Source of the DNA: Eledone cirrhosa
Taxonomy: Eukaryota
Assembly (NCBI GenBank): GCA_964016885.1
Contig: OZ024740.1
Location: 138,756,001 to 138,820,000 of the forward strand
Direction of reading: 5' to 3'
Length of the DNA: 64,000 nucleotides
Shown: positions 40,814 through 51,362 of the stretch, piece after piece
Layout of the letters: every line of letters starts with the position of its first letter
Position numbering within the stretch: the stretch's first letter is position 1
Position numbers and translations under genes: made by a program
Notes under the pieces: model-generated
What the model saw: the letters and a program-made list of their open reading frames with translations, nothing else
What the model was told of the DNA's origin: nothing
Database searches by the model: none

Positions 40814-40931
40814 CAGTGTTTCCCAACGTGGGAGCTAGTGCCCCCTTGTTAGCGCTGTTGTGTTGAAAGGGGGCGCTGGGAGTTTTATTTCATTTGAGGG
40901 AAACTGACTGAAAAAAGGTTGGGAAACCCAG
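40814..40931. mobile_element. hAT-type MITE (118 bp)
   Basis: cagtgtttcccaac / gttgggaaacccag termini with exact 8-bp TSD ccttaaac (40806-40813, 40932-40939). Confidence 0.88.
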
Positions 40932-41383
40932 CCTTAAACGAACATACCGTATTTCTTTAGAAATACGAAATTTCTATACATATTTGTATACAGCTATGTT
41001 TGAAGCTAAATCCTATTTCTATATAAAGAGAGAGATACATGCATTCATACAAGCATAGAACTTGTAAAAACTACTGGGATTAGAGTAAAAAGGTATTTAC
41101 AGTTAATTTAATAATTAATTAATTACAACATTCTATATTAAAACGCTTCAATCTTCAATTTTCTTTGACCTCCTTCTGTCACTCCGGTCCTCGGCATATT
41201 TCATTGTACATGAATTTAAGTCGATTACAATAATTTTCTTCCATATTTTCTTTAATCTTTATCAAATAATTATCCGCTAAATGACGTCTGCTATTGAGGT
41301 GTGTTTTTGTTGTTGTCATTGTTGTATTTGTCCGAAGATAGATGCATTGGTAAGTAAGCATAAATAGATAGCTATGGATAGAC

Positions 41384-41454
<71 letters not shown>

Positions 41455-41458
<4 letters not shown>

Positions 41459-41680
41459 AAAAAGTATGACCCGACGGCAGAGCTCAAGTCGTTTCGACGG
41501 CTATTTCTAAACTAAATTAGAAATTTTGAAAAATTCTAATTTAGTCTAGAAATAGCGGTCGAAACAGCTTGAGCTCTGCCGTCGGGGTCATATTTTTTCC
41601 TATTACCCACTCTACTACCCTAAGTATTGAGTACTCTGGTGCGTTATGGTCCATCTGGTTCCTTACCACAATTCCTTCGT
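41455..41680 (+). mobile_element. Fold-back insert (~70-bp arms + 80-bp tail)
   Basis: Imperfect palindrome 41455-41601, same tail as 14059-14138. Confidence 0.7.
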
Positions 41681-41983
41681 TAAAGAGGGATAGGTAGGTA
41701 ATTGGTAGATAGGTAGGGATAGACAGATAGATAGATTGACATAGAGGCAGCAGACAGGTAGGTAGATAAGAAAGTAGGGAGATAAACAGATAGACGGCTG
41801 GATAGCTGGATAGAGAGATAAATAGTTGCTGTTTTACTCGAGGGTGAATATGTCTTGTTAACACTGAATATATGGGAGGAAAATGTAAGGATGAACGTAT
41901 AATTACCACTCCCCTGACAAATTTAGCACGAAGTGTTTGTCACGCGATCAAATGTTTCATTATTATATGTATATATATATATA

Positions 41984-42143
41984 TAGGAACGAGTAGGACC
42001 CCGACGGCTGAGCTCAAGCCGTTTCGACGGCTAATTCTGGACTAAAATCTGATTTTAGTCCAGAATTACCCACTCTACTACCTTAAGTATTGAGTACTTT
42101 GGTGCGTTATGGTCCACCTGGTTCCTTACCACATTTCCTTCGT
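41984..42143 (+). mobile_element. Fold-back insert with partly deleted right arm
   Basis: Left arm as at 13981, centre aaaatc-t-gatttt at 42050, right arm joins the tail through ATTA microhomology. Confidence 0.7.
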
Positions 42144-42215
42144 TATATATATATATACATACATACATATACAGAGAAAGACAAACACACACCTACACGC
42201 CCTCACTCCCGACCC

Positions 42216-42252
<37 letters not shown>

Positions 42253-42629
42253 TAGGCGCAACATGACTGAATAGTTATGGAGCTAGCTTCGGAATCATTA
42301 AGAACGAGGATGTATGCCATTGCGTAGCATCTTATGCAAGTGTGCTTTGCTGTAACATCGACCCGTACCTTGTGAGTGAATTTGTAAGCTGGTTTAGTGG
42401 ACTGTACTTGTGATTCAAACGATCTGTCTTGTTACACTGTATCACGTTGAATCCTTCTGGGAATTATGTTAACGGTACACGTGTCTCTGGGATGTTCGGC
42501 TATTTCCACGTTAACAGTCGTTGTCGAAACTGAGGAAGATCATTCCAATTCCATATCTTTATAGCTTACGATTGTGAGCCGAATACCCTAACCACAAAGC
42601 CACGCGACTTCACACACGCACACACACAG

Positions 42630-42711
<82 letters not shown>

Positions 42712-42756
42712 TTATATATATATATGTGTGTGTGTGTATGCATGTGTATATATATG

Positions 42757-42789
<33 letters not shown>

Positions 42790-43170
42790 ATTGGTAAAAG
42801 GAAAAGAAAATGCTGACCAATTGTTCCCAATGAAAAATAGTTTAATTAGGAATAAGTAAAAATTAGTAATAAGTATTGGTTAGTATTCAGTTTTGGTTTT
42901 AAGTTTTTACCGGTTGCGCATTTCTAATGCTTTTCAAAAATAATTTTGAGATAGAGCGTCCGTGATGTTTGCTCTAATCTGATTAGAGCAAACATCACGG
43001 ACGCTCTATCTCAAAATTATTTTTGAAAAGCATTAGAAATGCGCAACCGGTAAAAACTTAAAACCAAAACTGAATACTAACCAATACTTATTACTAATTT
43101 TTACTTATTCCTAATTAAACTATTTTTCATTGGGAACAATTGGTCAGCATTTTCTTTTCCTTTTACCAAT
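42790..43170. repeat. Apparently perfect 190-bp-arm palindrome with 1-nt loop
   Basis: 42790-42979 is the reverse complement of 42981-43170; unpaired tail to ~43207; (TA)n flanks. Confidence 0.93.
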
Positions 43171-43267
43171 ATATCATAACTCGTGTGTTACACCTCTATT
43201 CTTTTAAATATATATATAAATTCAGCGAGAATCGCATCTTGGCAGGTAGAAAAAGCGAAATGAAACG

Positions 43268-43310
<43 letters not shown>

Positions 43311-43418
43311 TGTGTGTCTGTGAGTATGTATGTATATATATGTGTGTGTATGTGTATGTTTGTGAGTACACTATCACTACAACTTTGAAGTCACTGCTAC
43401 TGTTTCTTCGCAGAATAT

Positions 43419-43562
<144 letters not shown>

Positions 43563-44940
43563 CACACACACACAATTCAGTTAGCGTTCTCAGCAACTTT
43601 CTAAAAATAGACCGCTTTACGGTATCCTTATAATATGGCATAAATTGAGATGTCAGCTTTATATGCTATATTTAACAGTGATACGAGCATAAATGATGTT
43701 AACAAATATCGCCTTACTATCGAAAAAGTAATGAGAAATCGGAGAGAAAATGTTATATCTGAGAAGAAGGACGAGGCTGCACTTCTTCCTTGTCCATTTG
43801 TTTCTTCAAAGAATGCATCTAATACAATGTGTATATTCTTTAGTCTTAAGTCTCACGAAGCAATTCATGATAACAGTTAATTATGTGTTCAATTGGCAAT
43901 AGATGTATTTATAATGATATTACAGAACCATACAAATATGAGAACCTGGAAACCAAATTGATATCTGTTAAGAACCAGCATGGGAATCACGATTTATCGA
44001 AGAAGTCTCTGCGTAGTCACTCTTCCAGAAATAGCAGTCAAACGTTCATGTTTTAGATAAGCACGCGTCATGAAACACGGCGCAAATCTCCATCAAATCT
44101 CATATTACTATCTTTAAAAGAAGAAAAGACGTATTAGATACTGCAGTGCTAAAAAAAAGGAGCCGATCGTCAAATCGAACCAAGGAAACAATGTTTTCAT
44201 CGGTTTTTCCATTGCTAATACTATCTGCCGGTTGCATCTCATGAAAGAAAAGAGCAATATCAAATAAAGTATTTTGCTCAGGAACACAATGACCCACCCG
44301 GTCCATGAATCAACATACGACTTGATAATCGTGTGTCTAAGACCCTAAATCCTTTGTCTGATTAAAAGATAAGTTGTTCGCAGCTGACGTGGGTTAAACG
44401 ACAACAATACATAACGATATTATGTGGATTCGGGGATGGCAGAATAGGAAGACCGTCGGGAAAATGCTTGATGTTATATAACTAGATGTTTAGAGTTCAA
44501 ACGATGTCGAAATTTCCATAGCCAATCACCCACCCAGGGCCATTATAATAAGTGCCAATAATGTATTATTGATCTATTGAATATGACTTCACTATCACCA
44601 CAAACAGTTAAAAATGTTTCGAATTGTATCAATTTTAAAAAAGAATATTAGTAGTAGTAACTGTATAACGTCACTGAAAACTAGGTCTTTGAACTTGCAT
44701 ATGCTATGCTCATATATACATACATACATACATACACACACACATATATATATATATATATGAGTGCGTACACGCACACACATAAACACACAAACACACA
44801 CATATATATATATTTATTTGTTCAATGAAAAAGAGTTAGTTGATTTAGAATCAGCTGACTTATATATAACAGATGTCAAGCACTGAACGGTATATGTTTA
44901 ACCGGAGTTTTATAATAATAATAATAATAATAATAATATA

Positions 44941-46359
44941 ACAAAAGCGAAGGAGCTACTGGCGGATGCGAAAAAATATATAGTGTACGGGGAAAATGGT
45001 TCATTCACAATCCATTCCCCCCCCCCCCCGGAACTAAAAAGCCAGAGACTCCTAAACACGGTCATGTTTAGGACAATCTCGAACAAAAGTAAAAAACCAG
45101 CTCAACCATCACAGAGCGAGATAGAGCTGGTTTTAAAAGACGTCATGAAGGACATCACCTTCATTCAGAAGGATAGACTCTACGGGAGTCTATCCATTCT
45201 CATGAAGGACAGGGACACAGCAGTGAAACTGTCCATCAAACCAATCACATCTACCGCATACACCTTCTACCCTACGTACATGGGTAGAAGAACACAAAAA
45301 ATAAAAATCCACACCATCCTGCCGATTATGGACATATGGTGGGTTTTGACAGGTTTTCCGGACCTGGAGGATGACATGCTGGTGTCCATGGGAAAGGCAT
45401 CGGGTGACGCGTTCAGTGGAACGAGCCTCGAACTTGTAGTTCAAATGAGGCCCGAAAGGATCGCCCAGATCCCTGAACGCGTCATACTGGATGATCTAAC
45501 CTTCATCAACATTACCGTTGAGGGTAGACGGCCCTCGTGTTACCTCTGCGGAACCAGAGGTCACCTGAGGGCTGTCTGTCCCCAACTTAATAAGAAAACC
45601 CCAATCCTGTCTACACCACCAACAACTGCACAACCAACACAATCACCACAACTACTACTACAAAAACAACCACCACAGCTCAAACCAAAACAAAACAATG
45701 TCCAACCCATCCCCTCCACTCAAAAAACAAAAACAATTTCCAAAACACCCGTACCGCAAACACAACCCGAAAATATACCCCTCCCCTCCAACGCGGAAGA
45801 TGACCCTAGTTCGTCGTCAGACGAGGAGGAGCACTTCCACACAATCAAAAGAAAAAAAAGAAAACACACCTCAGACACACAAATGAAAAAAACCCCTCCC
45901 CAAAACATAACACTGACACCAACACAAAAGAGCTCACAACAACAGCAAACAAAAAACACCACACAAAAACAAAAACATGCATACACATACATAAATACAA
46001 GAAACAAAAAACTGTTAAACATTGTGTACAACAACAATCTAATAAAAACACAAGGGCCTAACTTCACCCAGGCAGGGGATTTCCCCCACCTCAAAATGAT
46101 TAAGGCCCCACAGGACACCTATAAAACTTTAAAAAACAATTTTAAAGAGGACGTGGGTCCCCCCTGCGTCGGGCCCATTAACCGCGTCCTCCTAAAAAAC
46201 TATCCCACCCCCTCCCCAAACACCCACACAACTCCAAGCTCCCCAACCACACAACACACTGATGCCCCCACACTTCCACAAACCACCACCCCAACCAACA
46301 ACCCATCCCCCACCCTAATGGAAATTGTGCAGCCCGATACCCGGGACGCAGAGAGGTAA
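44941..46359 (+). CDS. ORF1 protein, 5'-partial (CX2CX4HX4C knuckle, P/T/Q-rich C-terminal half)
   Basis: Frame is open from the 5' junction (TKAKELLADAKKYIV aligns with EELQEAKKMV of copy C); CYLCGTRGHLRAVC; ends GAG AGG TAA. Confidence 0.88.
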   Translation, partial: TKAKELLADAKKYIVYGENGSFTIHSPPPPELKSQRLLNTVMFRTISNKSKKPAQPSQSEIELVLKDVMKDITFIQKDRLYGSLSILMKDRDTAVKLSIKPITSTAYTFYPTYMGRRTQKIKIHTILPIMDIWWVLTGFPDLEDDMLVSMGKASGDAFSGTSLELVVQMRPERIAQIPERVILDDLTFINITVEGRRPSCYLCGTRGHLRAVCPQLNKKTPILSTPPTTAQPTQSPQLLLQKQPPQLKPKQNNVQPIPSTQKTKTISKTPVPQTQPENIPLPSNAEDDPSSSSDEEEHFHTIKRKKRKHTSDTQMKKTPPQNITLTPTQKSSQQQQTKNTTQKQKHAYTYINTRNKKLLNIVYNNNLIKTQGPNFTQAGDFPHLKMIKAPQDTYKTLKNNFKEDVGPPCVGPINRVLLKNYPTPSPNTHTTPSSPTTQHTDAPTLPQTTTPTNNPSPTLMEIVQPDTRDAER

Positions 46360-46383
46360 GTGCCTTTTCTCTTCACCACCAAC

Positions 46384-49300
46384 ATGGCTATGCTAAGAGT
46401 AGGCTGTTTAAATGCGCGTGGCCTGGGCTCAACTTGGAAGCAAGCAATGCTTCTAAATGACCTCAGGTCACAACGTATAGATGTGATGGTTATTTGCGAG
46501 GCCCGGATCAGCAACGTGCGACAGCTGGCCCCCACCTTTGATGACTTTGAGATGCACGCATCTCTCTGTCAACCAGGAGGTGGGGGTGGAGTTGTCGTTC
46601 TGCTGCAAAAACATCTGGGTCTCGCAACACAGATGGTACATTTGGACCCGGAAGGTCGACTAGTGGTTCTGGACCTTGGCAGTGGTAAAGGCGGAGCGTT
46701 TAGGTTGGTAGCCGCCTACGGCCCTTTCGGGTCAATGCGGCCGGACTTCTTCCATCGTCTGGAGACTTTTCTAGGGACGTTCCGCTCCTTGCTATTAGTG
46801 GGGGACTGGAATGGTATCCTAGATGCACGCTGGGACTACGTAGGGGCCTGCCCCGATAGAGAGAGGTGTAATAGCCTCAAAGGGTTAATCGGTCGATTTG
46901 ACCTGGCCGATAGATATCGACTAGATTTTCCGACTGCGCCAACCTGGACTTGGGCAAATCGTAGCGGATCATCTAGGTCGTACCTAGATAGGTTCTTAGT
47001 TAGAATTAAGGATAAGAACTTTTTAAGTTGTCCAAAAATGCGCATGGTTGGCTATTCAGACCACAAATTAGTGACCTGCATGGTCAACCTTGACAGAACT
47101 CATAGACAGGGCCCCGGTTACTGGAAGCTCAACTTGTCCTTGCCGGCAAGTAGAGCCTACAGGAATCGGATTAGTACGTTAGTTAAGGAACGGTTGACTG
47201 GAGCGATCGTCAACAGCAGGTGGTGGGTATCTCTAAAGAGAGAGATTAGAGTAGTCTCGATAGAATTTAGTAAGGTTCTAGCAGCGGATAGGAATAGGAA
47301 GGAAAGGGAGCTAATAGATAGAGTAGAAGAGGCAATTAGAAGCGGCGACGTGGCCAGAGTGCTAGCGTCGAGAACGGCTTTGAGCCAGTTTTTCGACGCG
47401 AAGCACGAAGGCTGCGTTGTCCGAAGTAAAATACGTGCTCTAGGGAACGAGGGGACCAAAGCTGTTAGCTGGGCCCGCGTGACAGAGGCCAACAGTGGAA
47501 CTAAATCCACCATCCGGTCTTTGCGAGACCTGGATGGACGGGCGATTCTTGAGCCTAAGCAGATGTGTGAGGCCTTTCAAAGGCACTTTGCCCGACTGTT
47601 CGGGAGGGGCGGGGAGCCGGTTGGGAACGTGGACTTCGGTCCATACCTCGACGGCCTGCCGCGCCTCTCGGACAGGGAGGCGAAGTCCTGCGAGGAGCCG
47701 ATTTCGGCCGCTGAGATAGAGGACGTGCTGAGCCAATGCGGCAAACGCAAATCCCCGGGTCTCGATGGTCTTCCTTACGAATTATATCTAGCTATGCCGG
47801 ACTTGTTCCCCGATCTCCTCGAGGCGGTCTACTGCAACTGGCAACAGAGCGGGAGAATTCCCTGTACTGTGACCAAGGGCGTAGTCACGCTAGTGAGGAA
47901 GGACGAGAACAAGGGGGACGAAATAAGTAACTTCAGGCCCATAACTCTGCTAAATACAGAGTTACAGATTTTGGCCAAGGTGCTAGCAAAGAGGTTGGCG
48001 CTTGTCGTGGGCAACCTGGTGGGAGATGCGCAGACATGCGCTATCCCGTCCAGGTCCATCCATGACAACCTCCACCTCATGCGATACATCATAGAGAGGG
48101 TTGGGAACGAACCCGGCTTTGGTGGGGCTCTGATCAACTTGGATCAATCTAAGGCGTTCGATAGGGTCGACCATGGTTACCTGGATGCGGTGCTAGCGGC
48201 GGCAGGCTTCGGACCCGTTTTCAGGGGCTGGATCACTGCTATGCACAGCAGCCGCATCTGCTCTAGGGTCAAGGTGAACGGCTACCTCTCGGAGCCGTTC
48301 AAAATCGCGCGGTCCATCCGACAAGGGTGCCCTCTCTCCTCCCTTCTGTATGTGTTGACTCTCGAGCCACTACTGCGGAAGTTGGAGTTGTTGCAGGGCA
48401 TCCCTTTGGAACCGGGATTGCGGAAAGCGGTGTCGGCCTACGCCGATGACGTGACAGTAATGGTGTCGACGGCCTCCGAAATCGAGGCGGTCGGCACCTT
48501 ACTGGAGGAGTACGAAAAGTTCACAGGGGCTAAGCTGAACCGGGACAAGTCGATCGGTTTGCAACTCGGCACGTGGAGGGGCAGACCGATGCCCTCCGAT
48601 GGCGTCGTCGGACGCTGGACGGAGGGCCCGGTGAAGTTGCTCGGGGTCTGGTTCGGACCGGACCTCCAGGTGGAGAAAAACTGGGCGGAGGTTACGAACA
48701 GTGTGTTTGCACTGACCCAGAAGTGGGCCAGTTGCAAACTATCCCTGAAAGGTCGGGCGGAGGTGGCGAACACCTACATAGCGACCGTCATCTACTACCG
48801 CCTGACCGTAGTGCCCTGCCCAAGGGAAACCCTCACCAAGATGGAGCGCGCGCTCTTCCAATTCCTTTGGAAGAGGCGGGCTGCTATGGTGAGGAGATCC
48901 ATCTGCTGTCAACACCCTTCGAAAGGAGGGCTGGGGATGCCGTGGCTAATGATGCGTAAACACGCATTAAGGCTACGGCACTTCTACGTATTCCTCACCG
49001 GACAACCGGTGTGGGCCTCGTTTGTGAGACGAACCTTTCCCAGACTCGTCTCACTCACCGAGCTGCAATCCTGGGTCAAGCAAAGACCGAGAAAACTGGG
49101 CGCCTGGCACACTGAGTGTGCCCAGGCGCTCACCGCCCTCTGGCAGGCGGATCCGGTTATCAGTGGAGACTCCACCGCAACATTCTATAGAGGGCTGGTA
49201 CGCAGCAGGTGCGACGACGCCCTCGGAGAAGCCCTAGACATGGAGGAGGACGAACTGGCCAGCCTGTTCGGTAGGACATTCAGCCCGAGACCTATGGACA

Positions 49301-49821
49301 ACTTCCAGAAGACCCTGGCCTGGCAGTGCTACCGAGGGGCTTTACCCGTTCGAGAAAGGCTCTACAGACACGGGCGCCCGGGTAGGGACCCCGCCAAAAA
49401 GATCTGTCCCAGATGCGTGTGCGACGAGGAAACCGTTGCACACGCATTGGTACACTGCTCGGGCGTAGCCGATCTGTGGGGCTATGTCGAACAACTGCTG
49501 TCAAGGGTGGGACCGATCCGGTTGACCACCGAGTCTATTGTAATGATCAAGCCGCCTCCCCCCTTCAAAGATGAAGCAGAGGCGGTGTTTCTGTGCGTAA
49601 TAGCCATGGCGAAAGAGGTTGTATGGTGGACGCGTCTGAAAGGACTGAGGTCAGGCACCTTTCTCTCTGGCCAACAACTGGTCCGTTTCTTCCGATATCA
49701 TTTCGGAAGAAGGATCAGGATGGAGAGAGAGGTGCTGCACCCCAGCCGTTTCTATGAAAGATGGGTGAAAGTGGCGAGAATGGCCCGTGTGAATGGGCCT
49801 TCACTCTACATCAGACTATAG
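46384..49821 (+). CDS. ORF2: APE endonuclease + reverse transcriptase + C-terminal zinc finger, 1145 aa
   Basis: Uninterrupted; VGCLNARGL, GDWN, SYLDRF, SDH (APE); KSPGLDGLP, NFRPITLLN, DQSKAFD, RQGCPLS, AYADD (RT); CPRC..ETVAHALVHC. Confidence 0.96.
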   Translation: MAMLRVGCLNARGLGSTWKQAMLLNDLRSQRIDVMVICEARISNVRQLAPTFDDFEMHASLCQPGGGGGVVVLLQKHLGLATQMVHLDPEGRLVVLDLGSGKGGAFRLVAAYGPFGSMRPDFFHRLETFLGTFRSLLLVGDWNGILDARWDYVGACPDRERCNSLKGLIGRFDLADRYRLDFPTAPTWTWANRSGSSRSYLDRFLVRIKDKNFLSCPKMRMVGYSDHKLVTCMVNLDRTHRQGPGYWKLNLSLPASRAYRNRISTLVKERLTGAIVNSRWWVSLKREIRVVSIEFSKVLAADRNRKERELIDRVEEAIRSGDVARVLASRTALSQFFDAKHEGCVVRSKIRALGNEGTKAVSWARVTEANSGTKSTIRSLRDLDGRAILEPKQMCEAFQRHFARLFGRGGEPVGNVDFGPYLDGLPRLSDREAKSCEEPISAAEIEDVLSQCGKRKSPGLDGLPYELYLAMPDLFPDLLEAVYCNWQQSGRIPCTVTKGVVTLVRKDENKGDEISNFRPITLLNTELQILAKVLAKRLALVVGNLVGDAQTCAIPSRSIHDNLHLMRYIIERVGNEPGFGGALINLDQSKAFDRVDHGYLDAVLAAAGFGPVFRGWITAMHSSRICSRVKVNGYLSEPFKIARSIRQGCPLSSLLYVLTLEPLLRKLELLQGIPLEPGLRKAVSAYADDVTVMVSTASEIEAVGTLLEEYEKFTGAKLNRDKSIGLQLGTWRGRPMPSDGVVGRWTEGPVKLLGVWFGPDLQVEKNWAEVTNSVFALTQKWASCKLSLKGRAEVANTYIATVIYYRLTVVPCPRETLTKMERALFQFLWKRRAAMVRRSICCQHPSKGGLGMPWLMMRKHALRLRHFYVFLTGQPVWASFVRRTFPRLVSLTELQSWVKQRPRKLGAWHTECAQALTALWQADPVISGDSTATFYRGLVRSRCDDALGEALDMEEDELASLFGRTFSPRPMDNFQKTLAWQCYRGALPVRERLYRHGRPGRDPAKKICPRCVCDEETVAHALVHCSGVADLWGYVEQLLSRVGPIRLTTESIVMIKPPPPFKDEAEAVFLCVIAMAKEVVWWTRLKGLRSGTFLSGQQLVRFFRYHFGRRIRMEREVLHPSRFYERWVKVARMARVNGPSLYIRL

Positions 49822-50124
49822 GTGAGGAAGATGAAAGACCAAGGGAGCACCCCTTCTCTGTGCTCCTGAGGAGAAGGGTTGCACACTTTTTTCGGGGGTG
49901 TGTGCGACCCCCCAAGGCGCCTCCTCTCTATTGAGGATTTTGTTATAAATTTTATTTTTTGTTATATCTTATTTTATTTTTATATTTTGTTATTGCCTCC
50001 TCCTTATTGAGGACGCCTTTTTGTGTAAACTCCCCCCTTTGTACTTGTCCCACTTTTGATGCCCTAGTGGCAAATAAAAGAAACAAAAAAAAAACAAAAA
50101 AATAATAATAATAATAATAATAAT

Positions 50125-51234
50125 AAACGAAAGACAGTTACTTTAATCCATCCCTATTTATTTTATTATACGTATTTCGAAGATGCAAGGCTTATGTATA
50201 ACATGAGCTAAAACATGTTCTCCTCAGACAAAATCCACTGGAGATGTAGAAAACATTTGATATGCAGGCAGTCAGACGAGCTGTTCAGATCCGTAGCCAA
50301 CAAGCATATGAGATATAAAAACCTTAACACAGAAGGTATTATTTGAGTGGGAGAAATATTAAAGTTGGTATTGATGTTTTCAAACTGGTGATAGTATGAT
50401 GACATTGGATTGGTAAAACAAATCAAAACACAAACAAATATTGACCATTAGGCTATTTATTTATAACTTAAGTCAGATTAAATTAGATACTATACTAAAA
50501 AATATATATTCGAAGATGCTAAATTAATAATTGTTTCTACTTTAGGCACAAGGCCAGCAATTACCCAGTGCATTACTCGTACTTTATGTAACTGTATAAT
50601 AAAGAAAAATGTATAAATTACTAATTTCGTAGACAATTTATCTTAGTTTATGTATACAATTTAATTTAGTAGATATTATGAGAGTGGAAAAAATATTTAA
50701 CAATTGGCATTGCTATATTAATAACTGGCTAAGTTATCATGTTATGAGATTAATCAATTGGTTCAAAGGAAAAGATGTATTTCTTCTAACCTAATTAGTT
50801 AAAAGGAAAAATGCATGTATTATAGCCTAATATGTCAATTTATATTCAAATTAAATTCGTTTATATAACAATTAAAGTTAAAATGGATGTAAAGTTGAAA
50901 CGATTTATAAATAAAATAGCTGAAAAACTATATATAAAGAAAATTTTATATTATTTATTTAATAGTCTATTAAATTTTATTTAAAATTTAACTAAATACC
51001 CTATGAAAAGTTTTGCTAAACTTATGAAGACAAGAACTGAAGATTTCAGAGTGTTCATTTATAATTAAATGCCTATTTTGAATGATATTAAGAATCTGTG
51101 ATACAGGGTCACATTTCTTAGATATAGATGCATTTTTGTAAGGCAAAGCACGAGAAAGTTTCTGCCATGTTATACATAAACCTTACATCTTCGAAATACG
51201 TATAAAATAAATTGGGATGGTCTAAAGTCTTTCG

Positions 51235-51237
<3 letters not shown>
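50125..51237. mobile_element. 1.1-kb segment bounded by ~75-bp inverted repeats
   Basis: 50125-50205 is inverted relative to 51166-51237 (aaacgaaagac..ccatccc..tatacgtatttcgaagatg..tatgtataacatg); AT-rich interior with an S1 tail at ~50527-50590. Confidence 0.7.
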
Positions 51238-51285
<48 letters not shown>

Positions 51286-51362
51286 GTTCTTTGAGTCTCA
51301 ATCATTGATGTTAGTTAACTGAAAAGTTTGTTGAAATGAATATCAAGCCACTACCTGCAGCC

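Larger units (their letters stand above)
44938..50100 (+). mobile_element. Tx1/L1-clade retrotransposon, copy B (young, 5'-truncated within ORF1, ORF2 intact)
   Basis: ORF1 + ORF2 + 3' UTR + short oligo(A); (AAT)n at 44913-44937 and 50101-50125. Confidence 0.95.

Noticed and set aside
46360-46383. GTG start for ORF2 given by the ORF track
   Set aside because: Eukaryotic element; ATG at 46384 matches the homologous start MTSLRICSIN of copy A
46384-49821. Bacterial retron, group II intron or DGR reverse transcriptase
   Set aside because: APE-RT-zinc finger layout with ORF1, 3' UTR and tail is a non-LTR retrotransposon
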